Below, one piece after another: positions 24,582-33,268 of a DNA stretch of 36,179 nucleotides. Origin of the DNA: a virus (taxonomy: Duplodnaviria > Caudoviricetes); IMG/VR virus record IMGVR_UViG_3300014862_000004, positions 1-36,179 of that record. One strand, given 5' to 3'. The translations under genes and the position numbers were made by a program. Under the pieces are notes generated by a model. The model had not been told where the DNA came from. It did no database searches and saw nothing but the letters and a program-made list of their open reading frames with translations. The number at the start of each line of letters is the position of its first letter. Position 1 is the first letter of the stretch.

Positions 24582-25714
24582 CCAACCCGCTGGCCACTCC
24601 TGGCGTCGGGTCGGCGTGGCCGGGCGGCCGGGCGCTGACGACCCTGCCGGCCAACCCGGCGCTGGACCTCTCGGCCGCCGTCGGCCAGATGACCTACACC
24701 TACCGCTTCGCCCTGTCCGATGGGGTATCCGGCGAGGTGCTTGGCGACATCCATCCCGTTCGCACCGGCACGCTGACCCACGACACCAGCCGCACCACGA
24801 AGCGCTCCCTCAATCTGAAGCTCGGGAAGGCCGACACCGCCGCGGTCAACACCGCCACCGACCGCATCGACGTCTTCATGACCATCCCCGGCGCGCACAA
24901 CCCGGACCGGACCGACGGGGACTGGCCGCTCGGGCGCTATCAGTTCGTGGACGACTCGCTGCGTCAGTTCTCCTCCGGCGTGCTGAGCGACCCGCAGCTC
25001 ACCGACGAGATGTTCCTGGTCGACCAGGCCATCCTGCGGGGCATCTCCGGGACGGGCCGCGGCGTGGTCGCCGTGCTGGTCGACCTGCTCGGCAAGCTGC
25101 CCATCACGTTCGACGTCGAGCCGTGCCCCTTCATCTCGGCCGACTCGTGGGGTATCGGCACCTCGCGCGGCCAGATCCTCGACGCGCTCAGCGTGGCCGG
25201 CGACTACTGGGCGCCCTGGTTCGACAATCTTGGCGTGCTGCGCTTCCGACGCACCTTCGACCCGGCCGCCGCGGTCGCCGACATCGACATGGACGCCGGG
25301 TACCGGGTCATCCGCGACGACATCGTGCGCACCAACGACCTGCTCTCCTCGCCCAACACGATCATCGTCACCTCCAACAACGCGGCCTCGGCCGACCCGG
25401 TGGTGGGGGTGGCCACGGTCCCCGTGAACGCGCCCAACTCGGTGGCCAACCGCGGCTTCGCCATCTCCCGGGTGCTCGATCTGCAGCTCTCTGACGCCAC
25501 CCAGGCCCAGGCGGTCGCCAACGGGCTGGTCCAGCGTCAGGCCATCTTCGAGCAGGTCGCGCTGTCCACGCCGGCCGACCCGCGCCACGACGGGTACAAC
25601 GTGATCCGCTGGCAGGGCGAGAACTGGCTGGAGCTCGCCTGGTCCATGCCGCTGCAACCGGGAGAGCCCATGACGCACCAGATGCGCCGGTCCTACCTGC
25701 GGGCCGGGTCATGA
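24578..25714 (+). CDS. minor tail protein (baseplate hub-like)
   Basis: GTGA overlap at 24578; GTLTHDTSRTTKRSL, WPLGRY, WFDNLGVL and PNTIIV motifs; 3' part of ORF 23543..25714. Confidence 0.75.
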   Translation: MTNPLATPGVGSAWPGGRALTTLPANPALDLSAAVGQMTYTYRFALSDGVSGEVLGDIHPVRTGTLTHDTSRTTKRSLNLKLGKADTAAVNTATDRIDVFMTIPGAHNPDRTDGDWPLGRYQFVDDSLRQFSSGVLSDPQLTDEMFLVDQAILRGISGTGRGVVAVLVDLLGKLPITFDVEPCPFISADSWGIGTSRGQILDALSVAGDYWAPWFDNLGVLRFRRTFDPAAAVADIDMDAGYRVIRDDIVRTNDLLSSPNTIIVTSNNAASADPVVGVATVPVNAPNSVANRGFAISRVLDLQLSDATQAQAVANGLVQRQAIFEQVALSTPADPRHDGYNVIRWQGENWLELAWSMPLQPGEPMTHQMRRSYLRAGS

Positions 25715-26364
25715 CCGGGCCCGCAGCCGACGCCCAGGCCACCGTCCAGGCGGTCCAGGAGAACGCCCAGCGTCTCGGCCTGGTCTGGACTCGCAAGCGG
25801 GCCACCGTGGCGGCCGAGGAACCACCCATGGTGGTCCTGGACGGCGACACCGAACCCATCGCGGCCACCTCCATGGTGGGCCCGCTGGGGGTGGGTCAGC
25901 GTGTGTATGTGGATGTCGTGCCGCCCAGTGGGAACTTCGTGTCCGGCATCTACGAAGTCGAAATGGTGCGCGCCCGGGCCATCGGGTTCGCATTGGCCGG
26001 TGGTGGGTTCACCGTCATCAACTGGACCACGCTCGACGACAAAGTGGGCAGCTGGGGCACGGTCCCCACAAACACGTTCATCGTGCCCGTCTCCGGCGTC
26101 TACGCCATCACGGCCGCGATCGTCATGGCCGACGCGGGATCGGCGGGCTCCCTGCAGGGCATCGCGATCACCGTTGGTGCGGCCCGAGGCTGGCCCGCGG
26201 TGGCGTATACCAGCTACTGGGGCCCGACCGCTCTCGGCGAGAACAACAACGTCGCGTCAGCAACGGTGTGGTGTGACAAGGGGAGCACGATCATGGTGTT
26301 CGTGCGCCAGAACAGCGCGGTGAGCACTGTGTCCACGGCCTACCTCACCGCGGTGAGGGTCTGA
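25711..26364 (+). CDS. tail tip / receptor-binding protein with C1q-like C-terminal domain
   Basis: N-terminal OB-like segment (VVLDGD...VGQRVYV); C-terminal FIVPVSGVYAITA...GSTIMVFVRQNS. Confidence 0.6.
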   Translation: MTGPAADAQATVQAVQENAQRLGLVWTRKRATVAAEEPPMVVLDGDTEPIAATSMVGPLGVGQRVYVDVVPPSGNFVSGIYEVEMVRARAIGFALAGGGFTVINWTTLDDKVGSWGTVPTNTFIVPVSGVYAITAAIVMADAGSAGSLQGIAITVGAARGWPAVAYTSYWGPTALGENNNVASATVWCDKGSTIMVFVRQNSAVSTVSTAYLTAVRV

Positions 26365-27050
26365 TGCGCCGGTTCGCCGTCATCCTCGCCCACAGCCGGC
26401 CCGAGCTGCTCTGTCAGACCTGGTGCGCGATCGGGCCGCAGGTCGACATGGTCATCGTCATCGACAACGCCAGCACGCCGCCGGTGGACGCCGACTCGCT
26501 GCATGCGGACGGCTGGGTCACCGTGGTGCTCCGTATCCCCGACCAGCCGCCGAACCTGTCCCGCATGTGGAATGTCGGCATCGCGCGCGTCATCGATGTG
26601 CACGAGGCGCAGGCCGGCCACGAGAAAGGTCGGCCGTTCGTCGCCGTGCTCTGCGATGACGCGCCACCCCCGCTGGGCTGGTTTGACGCGGTGACTCAGG
26701 CCATGATCGAGACCGGCGCGGTCGTGGGGGCGTCGGCGCCGGCCATGTTCAGCTTCGCCGGAGCGCCGCGGGTGAAGCGGGAGCGCGACAGCGACCTGGC
26801 CGGGCGCATGCCCGGGTGGGCCTGGATCCTCGACCCGATCTCCTCCGTGCGTCCGGACGAGCGGTTCGAGTACTGGTGGGGGGACACAGATCTTGACGTC
26901 CAGGCGCGGGGGGCCGGCGGGATGGTGTTGATTGGCAGCCATCCCGTGCCCAACCTCGTACCGGACGGCTGGACCGGGCACATGGCCGCGCAGGTCGCCG
27001 TCGACTCGCAGCGCTTCGTCGACAAGTACGACGGCTGGCGGCCCTGGTAG
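26364..27050 (+). CDS. GT-A fold glycosyltransferase (GT2-like)
   Basis: ILAHSRPELL, IVIDNAS, NLSRMWNVGI, VAVLCDD and DERFEYWWGDTDL motifs. Confidence 0.8.
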   Translation: MRRFAVILAHSRPELLCQTWCAIGPQVDMVIVIDNASTPPVDADSLHADGWVTVVLRIPDQPPNLSRMWNVGIARVIDVHEAQAGHEKGRPFVAVLCDDAPPPLGWFDAVTQAMIETGAVVGASAPAMFSFAGAPRVKRERDSDLAGRMPGWAWILDPISSVRPDERFEYWWGDTDLDVQARGAGGMVLIGSHPVPNLVPDGWTGHMAAQVAVDSQRFVDKYDGWRPW

Positions 27051-27051
27051 C

Positions 27052-27240
27052 GGCGGACGAGAGAGGGAGGGCGCCGCGCCCACCCCTGGGAACACGACGC
27101 CCTCAGGTCGCCTCGACCCGGGTGTCCAAGCCGTCCGCTTCCGGGGGAGGTGCGGCGGTCGAGGCGACGATCTTGGTACGCCCCGACCGTAGCTGAAACA
27201 GCACGGCCGGGGCTGGTCAGAGCTTCTACATCCCTGATTG
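27052..27240 (-). ncRNA. candidate structured small RNA (~190 nt)
   Basis: Upstream TTGACG-N17-TAAGCT promoter; three consecutive stems (27181-27212; 27107-27118/27157-27168; 27067-27104) with G-U pairs only on the minus strand; no credible ORF. Confidence 0.55.
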
Positions 27241-27246
27241 CCGCTG

Positions 27247-27297
27247 AGCTTAGGGCGGACCTGGTGACACGTCAAGCGCTCTGATACCGTCACGACC
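27247..27297. promoter_or_regulatory. divergent promoters overlapping palindrome TGACACGTCA
   Basis: Minus strand TTGACG(27275-27270)-N17-TAAGCT(27252-27247); plus strand TGnTACCGT (27285-27290) 7 nt before ATG 27298. Confidence 0.6.
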
Positions 27298-27999
27298 ATG
27301 AAGCTGCCGCCCCCGCCGACCATGACCCGACACCAGTTCCTGGCCCGCCTGCACGAAGCCCTGGCCCCCGTCGAGGTCTACCTCGAGGTCGGCGTCCAGA
27401 CCGGCGGGTCACTGCATCTGGCCCACGCCGCCGGGGTGGCCTACGGGGTAGACCCGAACCCGATGCTCGCGCCGGAGTTCCACCGCGGCAACCAGAGGGT
27501 CATCGCCGAGACCTCGGACGCGTGGCTCGGCTGCACGTCCTGCGAGCGGCCGACCATCGACTTCGGCTTCATCGACGGCTCGCACCTGATGGAGGACGCC
27601 CTGCGCGACTTCATCTACATGGAGCGGCACTCCCGGCCGTCCACGGTGGTCGTGTTCGACGATGTGCTGCCCTACAGCCAGGACATCGCGTGGCGCACGC
27701 AGCCCCCTGGCGACTGGACCGGCGACGTGTTCAAGATCATGGCCGTGCTGGCCGAGTACCGCCCCGACCTGACCCTGCGCCTGGTCGACGTCGCGCCGAC
27801 CGGCGCGCTGGTCGTCACCGGCCTGGACCGCCGCAACGTGACGCTGGAGAAGCAGTACGACCGCATCGCGGCGGAGTGGCTGCCGCGCCACCACGTCCCC
27901 GACGCCATCCTGAACCGCGACGGCGCCGGCGGGCCCGAGGACGTCATCGCGGCCGTGGTGGCCGACCTGGACCGCATCAAGAAAGGCGTACGCGCGTGA
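27298..27999 (+). CDS. class I SAM-dependent (O-)methyltransferase, Methyltransf_24-like
   Basis: YLEVGVQTGGSL, YGVDP, FIDGSH, VVVFDD and WTGDVFK motifs. Confidence 0.85.
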   Translation: MKLPPPPTMTRHQFLARLHEALAPVEVYLEVGVQTGGSLHLAHAAGVAYGVDPNPMLAPEFHRGNQRVIAETSDAWLGCTSCERPTIDFGFIDGSHLMEDALRDFIYMERHSRPSTVVVFDDVLPYSQDIAWRTQPPGDWTGDVFKIMAVLAEYRPDLTLRLVDVAPTGALVVTGLDRRNVTLEKQYDRIAAEWLPRHHVPDAILNRDGAGGPEDVIAAVVADLDRIKKGVRA

Positions 28000-28874
28000 A
28001 GATCATGGTGACCGGCGGGGCGGGGTTCATCGGATCCCACGTGCGTGACTGGGCGGAGCGGGCCGGCCACGAGGTCGCCTTCTTCGACAAGCGCGACCAC
28101 CATGACATCCTGGGCTCGCTGCGGGCCATGGACGACTTCGCACCCGACGCCGTCATTCACCTGGCCGGCGTGCTCGGCACGATGGAGCTGTTCGAGACCG
28201 TCGAGGACGCCATCGAGAAGAACGTCCTGGGCTCCTACCGCGTCGCCTCGTGGTGCTCGGCCCACGAGGCCCAGTACGTCGGCATCCTCGTCCCCGATGT
28301 CTTCCCGTCGATCTACTGCGCAACCAAGGTCGCCGCGCACCGCATCACCTCGGCCATGACCGCGGCCGGCCGCCTGCGCTCGTCGCACGTCATCGCCTAC
28401 AACGCGCACGGGCCCGGCCAGGCGTACGGCCCGGGCCACCCCCGCAAGTTCGGCCCGACCTTCTCCATCGCGGCCTGGAACAACCAGCCCATCCCGATCT
28501 GGGGGGACGGCTCCGCGCTCGTCGACCCGGTGCCGGTGTCCGTCGTGGCCCGCACGCTGGTCGACGCCTGCGGCTTCGGCAACGACGAGGTGTTCGACGG
28601 CGGGCTGGGCATCGAGGTCACCGTCCAGGAGATCGCCGAGGAGGTCCTGAAGATCACCGGGTCGACCGCCGGCATCGCCTACGAGCCGATGCGCATCGGC
28701 GAGACCCCGACCAACGTGGCGGCCACGGGGCGCGGCTGGGACCTGCTCGACTGGAATCCGCGGTCCATGCTCGGCGAGGGCTGGGACTGGCGGGAAGCGC
28801 TGCGCGAGACCGTCGAGTCGTACCGTGGCGTGCCGTTCGTCGGCGAGTACGCGTCCGGGCTCCCACGGCGATGA
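27996..28874 (+). CDS. NAD-dependent nucleotide-sugar epimerase/dehydratase
   Basis: GTGA overlap; KIMVTGGAGFIGSH, VIHLAG, YCATK (YxxxK), NAHGPGQ and IWGDGS motifs. Confidence 0.9.
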   Translation: MKIMVTGGAGFIGSHVRDWAERAGHEVAFFDKRDHHDILGSLRAMDDFAPDAVIHLAGVLGTMELFETVEDAIEKNVLGSYRVASWCSAHEAQYVGILVPDVFPSIYCATKVAAHRITSAMTAAGRLRSSHVIAYNAHGPGQAYGPGHPRKFGPTFSIAAWNNQPIPIWGDGSALVDPVPVSVVARTLVDACGFGNDEVFDGGLGIEVTVQEIAEEVLKITGSTAGIAYEPMRIGETPTNVAATGRGWDLLDWNPRSMLGEGWDWREALRETVESYRGVPFVGEYASGLPRR

Positions 28875-29596
28875 GGCTCGCCCTCTATTCTGCGGTGTAC
28901 GGATCGTACGAGGTCACCGCGAAGCCGCTGCCCGCCGACCTCGGCATCCCAGCCGTCATGTTCACTGACAACCCGGCCATCGCCGAGCAGGCGCCGGCCG
29001 CCGGGTGGCAGGTCGTTTTCGACAACGCGGCCTACCTGCAGTTCACCGCCGACCCCGCCAACGGGGACCCGGCCGTGGTCACGCCGATGCTCGCTCACAA
29101 GTACTGGAAGACGCACCCGGCCGAGGCGATGAAGGCGGCCGGGCTGGACGTGGACGCCTCGATCTGGGTCGACGGGAACATGCGCATCACGATGCCCGGG
29201 CCGGCCTGGGTGGCCGCCAACGTGGCCGCGCTGGGCGATGACGAGTGGTCGCTCATGAAGCACCCGTGGCGCGACACCGTGGCCGCTGAGCACACCTACA
29301 CGGCGGCGGTGTGCTCGGGTCGGTACTCCGTCGAGGCCATGGCGCGGCTCATGGACCACCTGGGGCGGATCGGGTTCCCCGACAACCTCGGACTGCTCGC
29401 CAGCGGACACATGGTGCGTCGACACACGGCCGGCGTGATCGACGCGTGCGAGGACTGGTGGCGGCACAACGTCACGTACACGCACCAGGACCAGCTGAGC
29501 CTGCCCTGCGTGCTCTGGCCGTGGCTGGAGACCGAGATGCGCTGGAACGCCAACCTGCCCTGGGGGCTCTGGGAACTGATGGGTCACGGAGCATGA
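28871..29596 (+). CDS. DUF616/TOD1-like putative glycosyltransferase
   Basis: ATGA overlap; LYSAVYGSYE, MFTDN, KYWKTHP, SIWVDGN, KHPWRD and DQLSLP motifs. Confidence 0.75.
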   Translation: MRLALYSAVYGSYEVTAKPLPADLGIPAVMFTDNPAIAEQAPAAGWQVVFDNAAYLQFTADPANGDPAVVTPMLAHKYWKTHPAEAMKAAGLDVDASIWVDGNMRITMPGPAWVAANVAALGDDEWSLMKHPWRDTVAAEHTYTAAVCSGRYSVEAMARLMDHLGRIGFPDNLGLLASGHMVRRHTAGVIDACEDWWRHNVTYTHQDQLSLPCVLWPWLETEMRWNANLPWGLWELMGHGA

Positions 29597-30231
29597 GCCG
29601 CCGCGAGACGATCAGCGTCGTCACCCCGGTCCACCCTGGCCGGATCCGCAACGGGCTGTTCGCCGAGTGCTTGCAGTCCATCCATGCCCAGACCCTGCTG
29701 CCGGACGCACACTGCGTCGCCATCGACCTGGACGGCGAGGGGGCGGCGCCGACGCGGCAGAAGGCGCTGATGCAGGCCCGGACGGACTGGGTGGCCTTCC
29801 TCGACTCGGACGACCTCTTCCTGCCCAGGCACCTGGCCCGGATGCTGCACCACGCGCAGGAGCACGAATTGGACTTCGTCTACTCCTGGTTCAAGGTGCT
29901 ACAGGACTTCGGCGGCGGGAACCGGTGCGTCCTCGAAGACGACCCGATCTTTCCGATGACCCACTACCTCAACCCGTGGGACCCCGACGACCCGATCGAA
30001 ACCACGATCACGGTGTTCGTGCGCACCGAGCTGGCCCAGTCGGTCGGGTTCCAGGCGCTCGACCGGGGGGAGGCCAACTCCGGCGAAGACCGGTTCTTCA
30101 CCCTCGGCTGCATGGCGGCTGGCGCGAAGATCGGCCACCTTGTCCGGAAAACGTGGTTATGGCGACATTCTAACGTTAACGGCGTTGTGCTAAATACGTC
30201 CGGTTTGCCAACTAAGGGGGATGCGGTATGA
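29593..30231 (+). CDS. glycosyltransferase family 2
   Basis: ISVVTPVH, SIHAQT, TDWVAFLDSDD (DxDD) and GED motifs. Confidence 0.85.
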   Translation: MSRRETISVVTPVHPGRIRNGLFAECLQSIHAQTLLPDAHCVAIDLDGEGAAPTRQKALMQARTDWVAFLDSDDLFLPRHLARMLHHAQEHELDFVYSWFKVLQDFGGGNRCVLEDDPIFPMTHYLNPWDPDDPIETTITVFVRTELAQSVGFQALDRGEANSGEDRFFTLGCMAAGAKIGHLVRKTWLWRHSNVNGVVLNTSGLPTKGDAV

Positions 30232-30683
30232 GCGGCGGCGTCAGCGAGTGGGACATTCACGGGCCCAGCGAGTACGCGTGGACGCCGGACGAGGTCGCCC
30301 AGGTCGTACGCGCGGCGCAGGCGTTCCACGCCGCGTTGCCCAACGCGACGGGCAAGCTTCGCCACACGGTCACGCTTCACGGGGTCGGCGTGCTCCCCGC
30401 CTCGGTGCCGGTGGACTGGCCACAGCCCGGCGACCCTGTCATCCAGCTGGCTCCATGCCCGATATGCGGCCGCAAGGACTGGCCGGAGGGCGGCCAGCAC
30501 GCCGCCAGAAACATCCACATGCGCACTCACGAGAACACTGCGGATCGCCGGGCTGCGGGCCGGGGCGAGCAGCCGCAGCCCGGCGACACGACCACGCATG
30601 CATACATCCCCGAGCACCTAGAGGGTGCCGAGGTCGCGCAGTGGCTGGTCGATCATCCTGACGCGAGGCTTATCAAACCGTGA
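30228..30683 (+). CDS. hypothetical protein with C2H2-like Zn motif
   Basis: ATGA overlap; CPICG...IHMRTH. Confidence 0.6.
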   Translation: MSGGVSEWDIHGPSEYAWTPDEVAQVVRAAQAFHAALPNATGKLRHTVTLHGVGVLPASVPVDWPQPGDPVIQLAPCPICGRKDWPEGGQHAARNIHMRTHENTADRRAAGRGEQPQPGDTTTHAYIPEHLEGAEVAQWLVDHPDARLIKP

Positions 30684-30871
30684 CCGTCGACCCGTACGCC
30701 GGTCGCGACCCGACGAACCCGTGGGGCTACTGCGCCTGCGGGCATCCGTGGATGCGCCACGACGTCGAGGAGTATACCGGCGACGAATCGGAGATGTGCT
30801 GCGTCGAGGGCTGCGACCAGGCCCAGTGCCCCGGGAAGGTGTCGCGCGCCACAGCGGGTGAGCCGCAGTGA
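30680..30871 (+). CDS. small Cys/His metal-binding protein
   Basis: GTGA overlap; CACGHPWMRH...CCVEGC...C. Confidence 0.65.
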   Translation: MTVDPYAGRDPTNPWGYCACGHPWMRHDVEEYTGDESEMCCVEGCDQAQCPGKVSRATAGEPQ

Positions 30872-31942
30872 TCGTCTACGTCTACCCCGCCGACCCCTAT
30901 GGCTGCGGGTTTCTACCGTCTCGCCTTCCCCGCGGCGGCGGCCGCGGCGCTCGGCGCTGACGTCCGGCTCGTCATGCCCTCGGACCGGGTCGGGATCGGC
31001 GGCGAGGTGGACACCCGCACCGGCCGGCTGGTCAACCTGAAGTACCCGCCCGACGCCGACGTGGTGGTCTTTCAGCGCGTCGCCATGACCACTCTGGCCC
31101 AGGCCATCCCCCAGTTGCGCGCGGCGGGGGTGGCCGTCGTGGTCGACATGGACGACGACCTGACGAAGATCGACCCCAACAACCCGGCGTTCCACGGGTT
31201 CCAGGTCAAGACCGGCAGCCCCCTGCACAACTGGCGTAACGCCCATCAGGCCTGCCTGGACGCCACCCTCGTCACCGTGTCCGCGCCGGCACTGCTGCGG
31301 GTCTACGCGCCGCACGGGCGGGGCGTGGTGCTGGAGAACCGGGTGCCAGCGGCCTACCTGGACGTGCCGCACGTCGACTCCGCGACGATCGGGTGGGCCG
31401 GGTCCATCCACTCTCACCCGGTCGACCTGCTGCCGCTCGGCCCGGCCGTCCAGCGGCTCGTGCGCGAGGGCATCGAGTACTGGGGCGTCGGCCCCGACTA
31501 CCACCTGCAGCGCGGCGACGGCGGCCTGGCGCGGGCGCTCAGGGTGGACGAGGCGGAGACCGTCGGCGACGTGGGCTTCGCGGACTGGCCGCGGGCGGTG
31601 GCCACCATGGGGATCGGCCTCGCCCCGCTGGCCGACACCGACTTCAACGCCGCGAAGTCTTGGCTGAAACCGCTCGAGTACATGGCCTGCGGGGTGCCGT
31701 GGATCGGCTCGCCGCGCGCCGAGTACCAGCGACTCAAGGTGCTCACGAAGATCGGCACGCTGGCGAGGACGCCGAAAGACTGGTTCCGCTGCGCGAAGGA
31801 GCTCGTGACCAACCCGGCGCTTCGGCACGAGGAGTCGGCCGGCGGCCGTGCCGCGGTTCTCGAACACGACCTGACCTACGAGGCGTCGGCGTGGCGGTGG
31901 CTCGAGGCCTGGGAGCATGCGCTGAAGCTGCAACGGGGATAG
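30868..31942 (+). CDS. GT-B fold glycosyltransferase with a +1 frame break near the 5' end
   Basis: GTG 30868 gives VIVYVYPADPYGCGF, which continues as YRL in the +1 frame (ORF 30899..31942: VVVFQR, DMDDDL, IGWAGS, IGLAPLADTDFNAAKSWLKPLEY..CGVP). Confidence 0.8.
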
Positions 31943-31975
31943 TGACTTCTCACGCACCGGGTGTAGCCTGCGATC

Positions 31976-32677
31976 ATGGTGCTAGCCGTTGCCGTGAGTG
32001 CTGCGAGGGTCGGGCTCTGGCCGCTCGGCTCGGTGCCCTACAGCCAAATCCGGACCACCTCGCCGACCCGACACCGTGACGACTGCTCCGGCTACGTCTC
32101 GATGATCCTGGGGCTGGCCACACCCGGACTGTCCACGGTCGGACTGCGGAACCTCGTCGATCCCATCCCGGTCGGTCAGCTGCGCCGCGGCGACCTGCTC
32201 GGTAACCTCGGGCCCGGCACCGAGGGCGACGCCGGTCACGTGCAGTGGGTCGACAGCGTCTCGGCTACCGGCACGGTCACCGTGTTCGAGCAGACCGGCG
32301 GGTCGGCCGGCCCGCACCGCAACACCTACAAACGGCCGGGCTTCCCCGCCTGGCGCGTGCGCGGTGTCGACCCGACCCCAGCCCCTCCCGTGTCAGGAGA
32401 TGACGACATGCCCATGTACCTACTGAAGACCCCATCCGATCACCACTACCGCGGGGACGGACTCTGGTACGCCCCGATCATGACCGGCGCCGAGCTGGAA
32501 GGCTGGCAGAACCTCGTTCCACCGGAGCGCCGGTTCGAGGGTGTCAACCTGGCCTGGTGGGGACGTGATGTCACCACCGTGGCGCTGGCCGGTTCGGGGC
32601 CGGGCGGCGGCGGGCTGACCGAGAAGCAGGTCGAGGACGCGGCGTTCCGTGGCGCACAGCGCGCCGAGAAGGAGTGA
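31976..32677 (+). CDS. endolysin, NlpC/P60-like peptidase
   Basis: VPYSQ, RDDCSGYVS, LRRGDLL and GHV motifs (catalytic Cys/His); Pro-rich linker; upstream of membrane-protein genes; TAGCCT 6 nt before the ATG. Confidence 0.75.
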   Translation: MVLAVAVSAARVGLWPLGSVPYSQIRTTSPTRHRDDCSGYVSMILGLATPGLSTVGLRNLVDPIPVGQLRRGDLLGNLGPGTEGDAGHVQWVDSVSATGTVTVFEQTGGSAGPHRNTYKRPGFPAWRVRGVDPTPAPPVSGDDDMPMYLLKTPSDHHYRGDGLWYAPIMTGAELEGWQNLVPPERRFEGVNLAWWGRDVTTVALAGSGPGGGGLTEKQVEDAAFRGAQRAEKE

Positions 32678-32862
32678 GCACGGCCGCCATCCTCACGGCC
32701 AGCGCGGCTCTGTTCACGGCGCTCGTGGCCGGCGTGCTGGCCATCATTCGCGAGATCCGCAGCGTGCACGCCATCGTCAACCAGCAGCGCACCGACATGC
32801 TCGCCGAGATCCGCGACCTGAAGCGGTCGCTGCGGGCACATGGTGGAGATCCAGAGGACTAG
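32674..32862 (+). CDS. single-TM lysis-cassette membrane protein
   Basis: GTGA overlap; AAILTASAALFTALVAGVLAII followed by a coiled coil. Confidence 0.65.
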   Translation: MSTAAILTASAALFTALVAGVLAIIREIRSVHAIVNQQRTDMLAEIRDLKRSLRAHGGDPED

Positions 32863-32938
32863 CTAGCATCACGTTCAGCAAGATCTTGCCGGTGACCTGG
32901 ACCCAGTCGCCGGCCAGCACTGTATCCGAGATGGCGGC

Positions 32939-33268
32939 ATGATGACCTGGTGGCAGCAGCTCGTCGCGTTCTGCCTCAGCCTGACCGCCGTGTTCATCGC
33001 GGCGGGCCTGGTCGGAAGGTGGGGTCGCCGGATGTTCAACACCAACCGGAAGTTCAACCGGTTGCTCGACCAGCTGCTCGGGGACCAGACCGCCGTTCCG
33101 CCCATACCCAGCCTCATGGACCAGCTCGGCGAGATCCGCGACGAGCAGGACCGACAGGCGGCCTGGCAGGCCGAACACTCCCTACTACACGGCATCCCCG
33201 TACCCGCCCCTCGCAACGGCAACGGGGCGGGCACGGGGATCACAGCGAGACACCGGAGGGCATCATGA
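32939..33268 (+). CDS. single-TM lysis-cassette membrane protein
   Basis: LVAFCLSLTAVFIAAGLVG, then LDQLLGD...PSLMDQL, a pattern typical of holin-adjacent actinophage proteins. Confidence 0.65.
   Translation: MMTWWQQLVAFCLSLTAVFIAAGLVGRWGRRMFNTNRKFNRLLDQLLGDQTAVPPIPSLMDQLGEIRDEQDRQAAWQAEHSLLHGIPVPAPRNGNGAGTGITARHRRAS

Noticed and set aside
27143-27152. Plus-strand GGGGGAGGTG as the RBS of a hidden gene
   Set aside because: No start codon at a suitable distance downstream; better explained as the C-rich loop of the minus-strand RNA.
30899-30912. ATG 30899 as the true glycosyltransferase start; GGGTTTC as a -1 slippery site
   Set aside because: No RBS, and it would lose the first beta-strand and ADxxGCG motif. 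The frame change needed is +1, not -1.
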